Source: a virus. From it: a stretch of 64,000 nucleotides of DNA. The position numbers and the translations under genes were made by a program. The notes beneath the pieces are model-generated. The model searched no databases and was not told the DNA's origin. It saw only the letters and a list, made by a program, of their open reading frames with translations. The stretch is from positions 64,001 to 128,000 of the IMG/VR virus record IMGVR_UViG_3300045993_000425, one strand, 5' to 3'. Every line of letters begins with the position of its first letter. Position 1 is the stretch's first letter. This document shows positions 9,695-19,525 of this stretch, in pieces.

Positions 9695-10120
9695 TTAAAC
9701 TAGAACCTGACCAACGGAATCGATTGCCTTGACATAGAGGCCAATCCTGCTACCCAGCCAACCATCTGTTCTCTTTAGGACGAATCGGAAACCACTAGAG
9801 ATGGGGGTCTTGTTGCAGCCTAAGAAGTCTGACGTGAATGTCAGGCTGTCATAGATCGTCTCAAACTGCTGTGTCCCGATATAGTTAACGTAAATGATGA
9901 TCGTCGCGAACATACCGCTACCGGTCGTCAAGTCGAACTGGACCGGGTCGTGTGGCAGCAGGTGCGTAGCCAGGTTGGGCAGGATGTTAGTGATGCTAGG
10001 GCCAAGTGGCAGGTAGGAACCTGGGCGTGGGGCTCTAGGAATAGGAGACGGATTTCTGACGATGCCAGATACCCGAATCATCGCTCTAGAGCTGCTAGAG
10101 TCTATAGTCTGGTATCTCAC
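9695..10120 (-). CDS. Hypothetical virion protein
   Basis: 141-aa ORF in the late operon. Confidence 0.55.
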   Translation of the reverse strand: MRYQTIDSSSSRAMIRVSGIVRNPSPIPRAPRPGSYLPLGPSITNILPNLATHLLPHDPVQFDLTTGSGMFATIIIYVNYIGTQQFETIYDSLTFTSDFLGCNKTPISSGFRFVLKRTDGWLGSRIGLYVKAIDSVGQVLV

Positions 10121-10130
10121 CTAAGCCACC

Positions 10131-11321
10131 TTACATCGCTGGCACGACGGTCTGGGTTCCTAGAGGCAGCCAAACATGCCCAGCGACCATCGAGGCGTAG
10201 GGAGGAGTTCCAGGCTCGCAGGTTCCACCTGCCACCCCAAGCTGAAACGAAATATCTACCAATCTGCCGCGTCTGGTCATCGGGCTTGTATTCAGCAGGA
10301 ACACTGCGCTATCGACCCATGCCGTAAACACGCTGTCGATACCTGAAATGAAGGCGGGCCAAGTGTCATACCCGCCAGAAAAAGCATCGATGTTCGTAGT
10401 TGATCTCGAGTACGAGACAAAGCCAGCCTTTAGAACGCAGGTGGAGCCACTCTGCCGACTCTTGAAATATGGCGACCAGCTATTGACCAGAGTACCGACG
10501 ACAAGTGAGATACCGTAGGTGAGAGAGCAGTCACGGTAGATAACAGCCGGCCAAGGGTCGGAGAGGTATGGGTCACCCATCTCCTGCACGATCAATGCAG
10601 AGTCAAACTTACCTACTGCGGTTCTACCGCTTACGATCCAGAATGCTCCGTCAGATGCAAGACCAGCATGGTATCGAACGGTTCCTGCTGTATTGCTGGC
10701 TCCATGCCGGTTGCTGAACGCATCCCACATGTTGCCGTATCTAGCTACCTCAGACACAACAGACCCAGCTCCAATAGAGCCAGCATTACCGAACGCATCA
10801 AACCCAGTATCGTCTGTGCTCCAGGGTCTACGGATGACGCTACCACCTGTCGGCATGGTCTTGCACAGGTATACAGAACTTGCACCGTCATCAGCCCCGA
10901 TGCAGTCCAAGATCAAGTAGTAGGATGCTCCTGATGTCATCACTGGAGACTTCAGGACGCACCAACTATGGCAGGTTACGTTTGCTGTTCCAGCGAACTG
11001 CGGGGAGGTGCGGTTGGTGGTGTCCCAGTACAGCTTGGCTTCTGCCGTTCCATTCCAGACGCTTCCCCAGGTGCCGCCGGTCCCATTATCTACGATTGCA
11101 GCAGAACCATCTCCAGTGACTGCGAAGTCGCTGTTATTCGTCGTGGAATATCCAGTTCGACCACAAGACTGAACCAACGTCCACAGTCCCTGCGTCAATC
11201 CACCGATCTGCCCAGTCAGAAACGCTTTGATGAACCATACTCCATACTTACCACTGCTCGTACCAGCAGTCGCTAGGTTGTTCGTGCTGCTCTGCCAGAC
11301 TTTTTCAAACGAGGTCGCCAT
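10131..11321 (-). CDS. Hypothetical virion/tail-associated protein
   Basis: 396 aa, Gly/Ser/Thr/aromatic-rich; AGGAG SD. Confidence 0.65.
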   Translation of the reverse strand: MATSFEKVWQSSTNNLATAGTSSGKYGVWFIKAFLTGQIGGLTQGLWTLVQSCGRTGYSTTNNSDFAVTGDGSAAIVDNGTGGTWGSVWNGTAEAKLYWDTTNRTSPQFAGTANVTCHSWCVLKSPVMTSGASYYLILDCIGADDGASSVYLCKTMPTGGSVIRRPWSTDDTGFDAFGNAGSIGAGSVVSEVARYGNMWDAFSNRHGASNTAGTVRYHAGLASDGAFWIVSGRTAVGKFDSALIVQEMGDPYLSDPWPAVIYRDCSLTYGISLVVGTLVNSWSPYFKSRQSGSTCVLKAGFVSYSRSTTNIDAFSGGYDTWPAFISGIDSVFTAWVDSAVFLLNTSPMTRRGRLVDISFQLGVAGGTCEPGTPPYASMVAGHVWLPLGTQTVVPAM

Positions 11322-11329
11322 CTGGTCTC

Positions 11330-11698
11330 CTAGCTACTGTTTCTCATCGACAGTTCTGAGGCTTCCAACTGCGACACAGGGAGGTCGCGAGTCGAAACAT
11401 TCGTCTTGCCGTCAGGCTGGATAGTCAGCCGGTGCTCAACGAACGACACCTCACCCACGATGCCGATGATCTTGGCAACTAGGCGGCCAGGGCCACCTAC
11501 CCAGGAGAGAACCTCATTCGCGAAGTAAAATCGAAGACCTGGGTGACCAGTGAAAGAAGCCAGCTCCTCTCGGCCCTTGTCACCGTAGTGAACCAGGGAG
11601 AGCTTAGAGATGCCATCTTTGACATCATCCCAGTAGCAGCCACCCTCGGCCATCTCCTGACCGTCAGGGTAGCTGGCGACGAATCCAACGAATGCCAT
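11330..11698 (-). CDS. Hypothetical protein
   Basis: 122-aa ORF with AGGAG SD. Confidence 0.6.
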   Translation of the reverse strand: MAFVGFVASYPDGQEMAEGGCYWDDVKDGISKLSLVHYGDKGREELASFTGHPGLRFYFANEVLSWVGGPGRLVAKIIGIVGEVSFVEHRLTIQPDGKTNVSTRDLPVSQLEASELSMRNSS

Positions 11699-11709
11699 CT
11701 TAGCTCCTA

Positions 11710-12426
11710 TTAGGTGGTGATCCAGCCCTCTTGCGAGTCAACCGTACCTGTCGGAGGGATGTCGAGCTTGTAGAGGGGAGCGACGGTGCCCGAGTTGCAG
11801 TGCCGTAGACCGTTGATACCGGGAGTGAGCTTGGTCCAGACCGGCGAAAGCTCAGTTCCACCGTCATTGTAATACCAGGAGACGGTCGGAGCGGGACCAG
11901 TGTACTGATACCGGATCATGAGGTCATAAGTCATGTTGTCGCTGGTCTGAACGTCGCTCGACATCTCGAGCATTTCGTTCCAGCGCATGCAGCCAGTCGG
12001 GTTGTCTGGGTTGCCTACGGCTCCCGACCCGTTGCCAAGGGCTCCAGTAGCCGCTGAGAAGCCGGTTCCGTAGCAGCCCACCCCAAAGGCCCCACCAGCA
12101 GTCATGCCGCTCTGAACGTAGCTGCTGCGTCCAGAGAGCCGGTTCGGGTTAGCAGCTCCTGCCGTGGCATTCGTAGGCTTCCAACCACTCGCTGGAGCCG
12201 TCGCCGAGGTGTCCACGACGCTGACCATTGGTCGGTTGCCGTTACCTGTCGTCCCAACCAGCACCTTGCCGACGTTGGTGGTTCCAGAGCCGACTAGAGG
12301 AAAGATTGAGCCATCGTAGGCCTCTAGCGTGGGAGCCGCACTCAGTGGCTGCGAGAATGTGGCGGCAAACACGTTTCGAGCGGGACTGTTGTTGCCGTAA
12401 CCGATTGCTTTTGATGGGATTGACAT
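11710..12426 (-). CDS. Hypothetical virion structural protein
   Basis: 238 aa, Gly/Thr/Asn-rich; preceded by a GTAATCT motif. Confidence 0.65.
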   Translation of the reverse strand: MSIPSKAIGYGNNSPARNVFAATFSQPLSAAPTLEAYDGSIFPLVGSGTTNVGKVLVGTTGNGNRPMVSVVDTSATAPASGWKPTNATAGAANPNRLSGRSSYVQSGMTAGGAFGVGCYGTGFSAATGALGNGSGAVGNPDNPTGCMRWNEMLEMSSDVQTSDNMTYDLMIRYQYTGPAPTVSWYYNDGGTELSPVWTKLTPGINGLRHCNSGTVAPLYKLDIPPTGTVDSQEGWITT

Positions 12427-12487
12427 TCTTTGCCCTCTGTTGCGGGTCGTGCCTTAGAGATTACCACCAATGTGCTATGGGTAGGGT

Positions 12488-12871
12488 ATGCGCCAAGACA
12501 TCGACCTGATCGTGGACGTGCTGGGCTCTGCCGCTGCTAGAGTCAACGACGAGTCCCTCCGACTCAAGAGAGCTGTCGAGCAGAGGAACCTCATTCACAA
12601 GCTAGCTGCTCGAGGTGAGCCTCCAGTAGACCACCCACGCTACCGCTGGGTCATGGAGCACACAAACCTGATGGCCCTGCAATTCAAGGAGTGGGCAGAC
12701 CAGTACGAGCTCGAGAACCCAGGAGAAGCCATAGGTCCGCTAGACATGTACGACCTAGCCGACAATGTCCACAGCGTGCTACTGGATGGCCTCAGGGAGT
12801 GCGGCATCGACCCAACCAAGCCGATAGAGGTCATCGATGAAGAGGCTGATAAGACAGAAGGGGATGCCTAG
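12488..12871 (+). CDS. Hypothetical protein (counter-oriented insert)
   Basis: 127-aa ORF filling the gap between late genes. Confidence 0.6.
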   Translation: MRQDIDLIVDVLGSAAARVNDESLRLKRAVEQRNLIHKLAARGEPPVDHPRYRWVMEHTNLMALQFKEWADQYELENPGEAIGPLDMYDLADNVHSVLLDGLRECGIDPTKPIEVIDEEADKTEGDA

Positions 12872-14916
12872 TCGACCCCTAGTGCTGACTTGATATCTGG
12901 GAGAAACTTGGTTTCCCATTCCCTCTGGGCCCAGATGAGACCCTGGTCAAAGAACCTCATCCCCTCCATACCAGGGTGCTCCCACTTGACACCCTCGTGT
13001 TTGCTGGAGACGATTCGGAAGGTCAGAATGGATCTATTGACCATCTGCTGCCCCTTCTTGTCCGTCTTGGGGATAGTGCGACCATCGCCTGCCTTCTCAA
13101 AGATGGGGTTCTGGTAGATCCTGACACCCTGGAGAAGAGGTGTACCTGTCGGCCCCACCATCGGAGCCCCGATGGCACCTCTCCCGAAGCCGTGATCGTT
13201 TGGTGGCTTTCCGGCGACATTCCCGAGGTTTGGAGTAGCTACTCCGAAATCAGGCCTGTTCGGGGTAGGCATGTACCCCCTATTATTCTTTCCACCCATC
13301 CCGAACGAGTGCAGCATCCCGGTCTTAGCCGAACCGTCATCATTGCGCTCGATTTTGGCGTATGGAATGCCTCTGGTTTTCAGTTCCTTCTTGATGGTGG
13401 CAGTCAGAGTCTGCTCTGCCATCGTCTGGCTGGCGGGTCCCTTGTTCTTGACGAATGGGATCACTCGGTATGTGCTGTTGTGGATGAATACTGTCTCACA
13501 ACAAAACGAGTGTTCGTCTGCGTCTAGTACGATGTCGTACTTCTTGGCATAGACATGATCTGCTCGGTTCACGACACCCTTCTTGATGCTTCCAACCCTA
13601 ACCCAAGCCAGTCCGATTTCGCTTGAATGGTTTTTGATCCAAAGGGCCAAGTGTCGCGCCATTTCTTGGCCTATCTTATAAATCTTGTGCGACGGGACTC
13701 TGAGTATCCTCACGTCAGCTTCCCTGCACGCCTCATCCTTGGCTCGATCACGCTCTATTTGTTCAGGTCGCGAATGCCACTTCGTTCCATCGAGTTCTAT
13801 CAACAGTCTCAGTCTCGGAATGTAAAAGTCACCGTATAGAATGGACTTTCTGGTCATTCCCCTTCCTGCGTTGACGATCCTGTCTGTTTCAATTGGGATT
13901 TCACGTTCATACGAAACCATAGCCTCGTTGAGACATTTCTCAAAATAGGCCTCGGGCCTCCAACTGCCACCGTGCGACAAAGCGGCTCTCATAGACTTTG
14001 AACTAGCGTCTCTCATCTTCTTCAGATGCGACGGATTTCTGGCCCCCCAATCAGGACGATCAAAGCACCCACTGTCTCTAGCTGCCTTATTCGCCTTGAT
14101 CCCATTTCGGCGGCGATCTTCTTTATTGATCGGCAACGCACGCCCCTCAAGTACCGAGGCTCTTCTGGCGCATTTGTTGTTCAGGCAATACTGAGTCAAC
14201 TTGGCGTTGATCGGCAGCGGAGCATGACACGATCTGCAACGTCTTAGCAGGTCTGCCGGGGTTGCGATCAAGTCATCCTTCTTCAATTCTCCGGCCGGTT
14301 TCCATCCTTCTGGAGTTAGTACTGGGTGATCGATTGTCAATGACAGAGCAGGCAGAGTCAGGTCAGAGTTAACTTTGGATGCGTTACCGGGGCCTGCCGT
14401 TTTCGGTCTGATGCGAACATACTCGGTGCCGATTCCTGCTGGACGCACCAGCAACTCCTTTACCTCCCTGAACTTGCCAGAGTGACTCAACACCATATCT
14501 CCAGCAACGATATCTTTGATCTTTTTCCACCCAAGGTTGGTCAGAACTTTGTTTCGTGGATTTAGAACACATCCATCTTTCGCACGCTTAGGCCCAGACT
14601 TGCTGTTCCCTCGAGATGACTGCCGTAGTAGGTCTTTCACCATGCTGTGCTGCGGCATCCCCATCTCAATCCACCCAGCTGGGGCTAGTAGGGTGATCAT
14701 CCAGACACCTGGAGCTATCTCGACAGGTTCTTTCAGGTTTTCTAGGTACGATGCTCGCCTGGTGTGTAGCTTGACCTGGGCTTGCTCCGCGATTTTGGCG
14801 TGTGTTTGCCCTGCTAGTCGCTTGGCTGTCAGATGTAGCAGCTTGTCTAGCTGGCCCAGCTTCTCGGCCGCCACCTCGAGGTCACCTACATCTAGAGTGA
14901 GTGATAGGTCTGCCAT
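12868..14916 (-). CDS. Neck/tail-completion-like virion protein containing an intein
   Basis: Extein ends TFRIVSSKH...WEHPG, recalling A511/K-like morphogenesis proteins; intein motifs internal. Confidence 0.6.
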   Translation of the reverse strand: MADLSLTLDVGDLEVAAEKLGQLDKLLHLTAKRLAGQTHAKIAEQAQVKLHTRRASYLENLKEPVEIAPGVWMITLLAPAGWIEMGMPQHSMVKDLLRQSSRGNSKSGPKRAKDGCVLNPRNKVLTNLGWKKIKDIVAGDMVLSHSGKFREVKELLVRPAGIGTEYVRIRPKTAGPGNASKVNSDLTLPALSLTIDHPVLTPEGWKPAGELKKDDLIATPADLLRRCRSCHAPLPINAKLTQYCLNNKCARRASVLEGRALPINKEDRRRNGIKANKAARDSGCFDRPDWGARNPSHLKKMRDASSKSMRAALSHGGSWRPEAYFEKCLNEAMVSYEREIPIETDRIVNAGRGMTRKSILYGDFYIPRLRLLIELDGTKWHSRPEQIERDRAKDEACREADVRILRVPSHKIYKIGQEMARHLALWIKNHSSEIGLAWVRVGSIKKGVVNRADHVYAKKYDIVLDADEHSFCCETVFIHNSTYRVIPFVKNKGPASQTMAEQTLTATIKKELKTRGIPYAKIERNDDGSAKTGMLHSFGMGGKNNRGYMPTPNRPDFGVATPNLGNVAGKPPNDHGFGRGAIGAPMVGPTGTPLLQGVRIYQNPIFEKAGDGRTIPKTDKKGQQMVNRSILTFRIVSSKHEGVKWEHPGMEGMRFFDQGLIWAQREWETKFLPDIKSALGVD
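13477..14571 (-). mobile_element. Intein (365 aa) with Vsr/DUF559-like endonuclease
   Basis: Starts C-VLNPRNKVLT..GWKKIKDI..GD.V; block B T.DHPVLT; ends FIHN|S; internal DFYIP..RLLIELDGTKWH...RD..KD. Confidence 0.9.
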
Positions 14917-14951
14917 CGACTGCTAGATTGCAGCTGTGCTACTATCATTCC

Positions 14952-15236
14952 ATGACCAAGCCAGCGTTCAGCGTTCGGAAGGAACAGCGTCATCACTTCG
15001 ATGTCGAGCAGAGGGATGATGCGATTCAGGAACTAGCCAAAATCATGACTGACGACCCCACCCTGCCTCAGGCCTTCTTGAGCAGTGGTGACTTCCTGGT
15101 CCTCGCCTCCAGGGATGCCGAGTCGACTGATTTTGAGATCTACGACTGCACCATCGAGCGCACCGGCTCCAGCTACGATCAGAAGGAAGAAACCCATCTG
15201 TGTCGGGCGTGTCGACAGTGCTCCTGCCGTGCTTAG
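14952..15236 (+). CDS. Hypothetical protein
   Basis: Start reassigned to MTKPAF; C-terminal CxxC. Confidence 0.55.
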   Translation: MTKPAFSVRKEQRHHFDVEQRDDAIQELAKIMTDDPTLPQAFLSSGDFLVLASRDAESTDFEIYDCTIERTGSSYDQKEETHLCRACRQCSCRA

Positions 15237-15275
15237 GCAGAGGCAATCATTTATCCTGAACTTCCGAGGACATAA

Positions 15276-15530
15276 ATGAGATCAGAAGAGTCGAACCCCG
15301 ATTGGTTCCAGGACTTTATCGTTCCGCAAGACACAGACAGCGTGGTCTGCCAGAAGTGCAAGGAGGCCTCCCCCTTGCCTGATTGGCAGCTGAGTTTCGC
15401 TGGGTGCGACAGTTGCGGAGAGCACGCTGTCCTCCAGTGCCCTAGCTGTTTGGATTGGGTTGACATGGTCGATGAACTAGAGGACCCCCTAGAGATTCTA
15501 CCAGGAGGAAAAGATGTGCCAGTCGTGTGA
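15276..15530 (+). CDS. Small Zn-ribbon protein
   Basis: Three CxxC pairs; GAGGA SD. Confidence 0.6.
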   Translation: MRSEESNPDWFQDFIVPQDTDSVVCQKCKEASPLPDWQLSFAGCDSCGEHAVLQCPSCLDWVDMVDELEDPLEILPGGKDVPVV

Positions 15531-15702
15531 TTGGGAGGATGCGGCTTACAGGGCGAGGCGAGTCTCGGAAGACCAGCCAGCCTGGAAGAACCGGTCGAGC
15601 GAGTTCTTCCTGAGCCTGTCCGACTCGATTGAGTCAAGTCACCATGTGACGACCCGGCAGATCGAGGTCATCGAGCAGGGCGAGGCAGAACTGGAAGACT
15701 AG
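15514..15702 (+). CDS. Hypothetical protein
   Basis: 62 aa; AGGAGG SD. Confidence 0.55.
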   Translation: MCQSCDWEDAAYRARRVSEDQPAWKNRSSEFFLSLSDSIESSHHVTTRQIEVIEQGEAELED

Positions 15703-17004
15703 CTAGCCAGCCTGCCCTGACTGTCCATCGACACCTACCGGCTGACCGGCTTGGTTGAGGACAGTCTGGGTCTTGTGGGAGCATCCCTGCTGCCTAGATG
15801 AGGTAGTGTGACCATCTGGGCTAGTGACGGTTCCCGCCCTCTCCTGCACCCAGCCAGCCTTGCCGTCACCGTGCATGACCTTTGACCGGCCATCTCGGAC
15901 ACTTCCTACGGGTAGGTGCAGTTCGTGGCGACCTGTCTTGGTTGGCTTCAGAGGCTTGGAGGCTGACGGCTCATCCTTATGGATCTCCTGGGTAGGGGGA
16001 ACCAGCTTCAGGCCACTGTAATGCTTGGGGTTCCTGAGGATGTTGTGTAGCACCTTGAGGGTAGCCTCATGGTCGTCCACCTTCCCCTTCCCTTGAGCCT
16101 GCTCGTGCCGGAATCCGTTGGCGAACTCGTCCCAGTCGATGGGTGGTTCTGCCTTGAATAGGCGACCGAATACATTAGCCACCTTGTCACCATAGGTCCT
16201 CCTCACCCGGCCGTTCCAAGCTGACTTCTGTACCGGCTGACCCTGCTGCCCGCCACCTAGCTGCTGGGCGAGGGCGACGACTGCCTGCGTCATAGCCATG
16301 ACTGCCTGGTAGGCTCCCGGGTTCTGCTTCTTCATCTCCTCGAGCCCAGGAAGCTGCTTCTTGACATCGGCCAGGACCTGACCCACCGCCTGGAGGAGCT
16401 GCTGATTGCTAGGCTTGCCACCCTGAGCTGGAGCTCCCTGCTGACCAGGAGGGGCAGCATCGCTGGGGCTGGGAGGACTCGGAGGGCTAGGTTCGGCTGC
16501 TGTCGCTGAGAGCTGTCCTTGCTGGATCTTGGTCGCCTCGCCACCCGAAGGCTGACCATCCGCCTTCGTCAACCCATCCTTGCTCTTCTCGTCAAAGATC
16601 GACTCGTGGCTCACCTCCTGGTTCTTTCGGTCCTCATCAGCTACGGAAGGCGTAAAGAGGACAACGGCTGGGTCCCCGCCACGATTTCTGGCCACCCTGA
16701 GAGCAATTGCGGCTTCCCTTAGGTCTGCTCCCACTCCACAGGCTAGGCTGTCGCCTGTAGTCTCTCCCGCTTGAGTCAAGACAACTAGAAGCTCATCGAG
16801 ACGCTCTGCCGGGACGGAAGCCTGAATGTCGCAGCCGTCAGAGCGGATCATCTGCCCGCGACTGGTCAGAACCCAGCTTTCGAGAGTCCGCACTGCTCTC
16901 TCGATTCCCTGGCCCAATCGGCGCACTTGTTCAGTTTCGCTCGCAATCGTGGCATGTTCGAGCTTTCGGTCTACATTTAGATGGCAAGCAATGACGAGGT
17001 CCAT
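15703..17004 (-). CDS. Putative head-associated protein with degenerate palm/mCpol-like N-domain and xxK[AS] motifs
   Basis: 433 aa; LTKAD, VQKSA and LFKAE separate its segments. Confidence 0.55.
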   Translation of the reverse strand: MDLVIACHLNVDRKLEHATIASETEQVRRLGQGIERAVRTLESWVLTSRGQMIRSDGCDIQASVPAERLDELLVVLTQAGETTGDSLACGVGADLREAAIALRVARNRGGDPAVVLFTPSVADEDRKNQEVSHESIFDEKSKDGLTKADGQPSGGEATKIQQGQLSATAAEPSPPSPPSPSDAAPPGQQGAPAQGGKPSNQQLLQAVGQVLADVKKQLPGLEEMKKQNPGAYQAVMAMTQAVVALAQQLGGGQQGQPVQKSAWNGRVRRTYGDKVANVFGRLFKAEPPIDWDEFANGFRHEQAQGKGKVDDHEATLKVLHNILRNPKHYSGLKLVPPTQEIHKDEPSASKPLKPTKTGRHELHLPVGSVRDGRSKVMHGDGKAGWVQERAGTVTSPDGHTTSSRQQGCSHKTQTVLNQAGQPVGVDGQSGQAG

Positions 17005-17068
17005 GAGAGCAAGATTGCTGCCACGGTGACTCTATGCTAGAATCACCCAAACAGCTGAAAGGGGCACC

Positions 17069-17539
17069 ATGAAGCTTTCAAAGCCAGAAACCGAGAGACG
17101 ACACAAGGCAGTCTTCGACTACTTCACCCAGAACCCATCGGCCACGGGAGAATCTCTCAACAGAGCTTTAACAGACGGGATTCTGACAGGTGCAAAGGAG
17201 CCAGCCCTCAACATCGCCAAGATCTACCAGATACGACGAGAGGCGAGAGCCAAACTGGCCGATGCCATGCGTCCCCCAGGCATGCCCCAGGAGCAGTTCA
17301 TGAATGCCATGCGATTCGACCAGAGCGTTCCACCTGCTCCCATCATCCCTCAGAGTCACTCTGTCGCCCCACCAGCCAGGTCACCGCAGCTGACCGACCA
17401 GGTACGCAAGGGGATCTCCGAGGTGGTGTCAGGGTTTCCGTTCTGCTCGCCAGACATCACCTGGGTCACGATCCGCAGAGACGGAGGTGTCAGCCTTGGT
17501 CGCGTGATCCAGCAGGAGGAGCAGGTGTCTCTGAGTTAG
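17069..17539 (+). CDS. Hypothetical protein, possibly DNA-binding (counter-oriented)
   Basis: 156-aa ORF with TGcTAGAAT extended -10 upstream. Confidence 0.6.
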   Translation: MKLSKPETERRHKAVFDYFTQNPSATGESLNRALTDGILTGAKEPALNIAKIYQIRREARAKLADAMRPPGMPQEQFMNAMRFDQSVPPAPIIPQSHSVAPPARSPQLTDQVRKGISEVVSGFPFCSPDITWVTIRRDGGVSLGRVIQQEEQVSLS

Positions 17540-17922
17540 GACACCAGGAAGTCGTCTGATGGGTGTGCCTTGTAGCGGTATGCCTTCTCAGCACCTTCCC
17601 CCTCTGCGTAGCGACGAACTTCTGTTGGCACTGGGTCATTTGGTTGGTGACCTAGTGCTTTGATGTGAAGCCTGTACATCTCATAGTGCCTCTTGGCATC
17701 GTCTGTGGCTCCACTAGCTGACGCTGCCTTGAGGGACTGAAGGTGATGGGCTGCTCCTCGAGCATGGTGCTCTCGCCGGTACTCATCCAGAGCCATCTTT
17801 TCGGCTGTCTTTCGGTCATGCCCAGCGTGAAACTCATGCACTGCCGCAGCTAGTTCAAGACGCTCTGAGTGCTTGGGGTCGATGAGCTTGTGCCCTCCCC
17901 AGCTAGCTTTAGCTGTCGGCAT
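17536..17922 (-). CDS. Hypothetical His-rich helical protein
   Basis: ORF in the late operon. Confidence 0.6.
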   Translation of the reverse strand: MPTAKASWGGHKLIDPKHSERLELAAAVHEFHAGHDRKTAEKMALDEYRREHHARGAAHHLQSLKAASASGATDDAKRHYEMYRLHIKALGHQPNDPVPTEVRRYAEGEGAEKAYRYKAHPSDDFLVS

Positions 17923-18682
17923 GGCTTGCTCCACCCAGGATGTCGATGAGGACTCGACGGCTCCCTACTGTCCAATCCGGCCCAAATGTCAGGTCAAATC
18001 CGCTCTCCACCTGACGACAGTCTACTGACTTGGCTAGGGCCCTCAGGCAGTAGCAGCCTGTGAAGTCGCCCTTCTTGAAGCTCTTCGACTCACAGACAGT
18101 GCAGATGCTCTCAGCTTGAGCCTTGGTGACGTGAAGGCTGCTCTGCCCAGTACTCTGCTTGGTACTCTGAGGAGTCTGACCAGGCTGGGCCGCTTTGGTT
18201 CGACGGCTCTGGATTTCTGGCCCCTTTGGTTCGATGGGCCCATGAGGAGCAGCTACAGCTCCAGACTCCTGGGCAGCCTTTAGCATCTGAACCAATCGAG
18301 ACTTGCATAGTAAATCCACAGACTTCCCTAAGCCGACTAGGTCACCGTCTCGGAGCTTGCCGGTTGGGGTAGATCCGCCCAGGACGACCGTCATCGTGGC
18401 TGCTAGCTGGGTCAGGTCAGCGTCAGCGAAGTCGAAGATGTCGTCGTCTAGACCGATGCTCCCCTCGAGCCCACCTTCAGCCTTCCGAAACGCGAGGACA
18501 GACCCCTCGACTCCTGGGATCTGGCCACTGTACTCATGACCACCCACCAGCTCTAGCCAGCCGAGGACTACTCGAGGTCCCAGCCATCCAGCCAAAGCCT
18601 CCGACCGGTCGGTAGCCTTAGAAAGAGCACTAGCAGCATCTGCTCCTAGAACATCAGAAATGAAATCACCAAAGTGGCTCAT
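17909..18682 (-). CDS. Putative head-associated protein with many xxK[AS] motifs and a C-terminal Zn ribbon
   Basis: Start reassigned to MSHFGDF; LSKAT, FRKAE, LGKSV, LCKSR, LAKSV. Confidence 0.6.
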   Translation of the reverse strand: MSHFGDFISDVLGADAASALSKATDRSEALAGWLGPRVVLGWLELVGGHEYSGQIPGVEGSVLAFRKAEGGLEGSIGLDDDIFDFADADLTQLAATMTVVLGGSTPTGKLRDGDLVGLGKSVDLLCKSRLVQMLKAAQESGAVAAPHGPIEPKGPEIQSRRTKAAQPGQTPQSTKQSTGQSSLHVTKAQAESICTVCESKSFKKGDFTGCYCLRALAKSVDCRQVESGFDLTFGPDWTVGSRRVLIDILGGASHADS

Positions 18683-18683
18683 G

Positions 18684-19520
18684 CTATACCTGCTCGTCGA
18701 TGTCGGGGAGTTGCTTCTGCTGCTTCTGCTTGTCTGGTGCCTGGTCATCCGGCGTTTGGGTACGATGGACGTATTCCCGCTGGAGGACAGCCCCGAAACC
18801 AAGCCTTTCCATCCGAACCTCTTCTGGGCTCAGATAGTCTGCGGTCGGATAGAGGCGAAGTTCATGGATTAGTCGCTCGACATAGTAGTAAGGGCGATAC
18901 TGATACCATGCCGTATAGACACTCCCGACATTGGGCCCCTTGCCGTCCCGCCAAGAGAGGTCGCCACTAGCTAGGATGTCGAAGTCGATGTGCTGGAAAT
19001 ACTCTTTCTGGCAGCTATCTATGAGGTGCTCGACCTGCACGATAGCGAACTCAAACTTGTCTGGAGCTCCATCGAGTCGCCTCTTGGTGAGCTCCCAGGT
19101 TCCAGTCAGAAGGTCCTGCTGCTCAAGGTAGAATCGGTCATACGGCTTGATGAGCACCCTCTTGTCGCCATCCGAGTCATAGTAGCGTGGGAAGGTGGCC
19201 ATCACAGTAGAGCCATCAAACCAGCCAAACTCCTGGCGTTTAATCTCAGCGGCGTTGCTCGTCAGGGTGGTCGTCACCCTACCGATTGCCTTGTAGAGGA
19301 ATCCATTCGAGCAGCCAGAGTGGTCCTCGTGGATGCGCCGAACATCAGTCGGGTCGATTAGGCCTACTGGGCAACGCATCGCTCGGTGATGGATGAGAGG
19401 GACACCCTTCCCTCGCACTACGTTGTCGAACGACTCCAGATCCATGCCCATCTGCTCAGATGGCAGCATGATGCCACCATCGAGGACGCCTAGTCTGGGC
19501 TGTTTAGTCGCTGGAGCCAT
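18684..19520 (-). CDS. Head-completion/neck-like protein
   Basis: FD..V..KG...HHRAMRCP...C.NGFLY pattern recalls the A511/K-like head-closure family. Confidence 0.5.
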   Translation of the reverse strand: MAPATKQPRLGVLDGGIMLPSEQMGMDLESFDNVVRGKGVPLIHHRAMRCPVGLIDPTDVRRIHEDHSGCSNGFLYKAIGRVTTTLTSNAAEIKRQEFGWFDGSTVMATFPRYYDSDGDKRVLIKPYDRFYLEQQDLLTGTWELTKRRLDGAPDKFEFAIVQVEHLIDSCQKEYFQHIDFDILASGDLSWRDGKGPNVGSVYTAWYQYRPYYYVERLIHELRLYPTADYLSPEEVRMERLGFGAVLQREYVHRTQTPDDQAPDKQKQQKQLPDIDEQV

Positions 19521-19525
19521 CTGTA

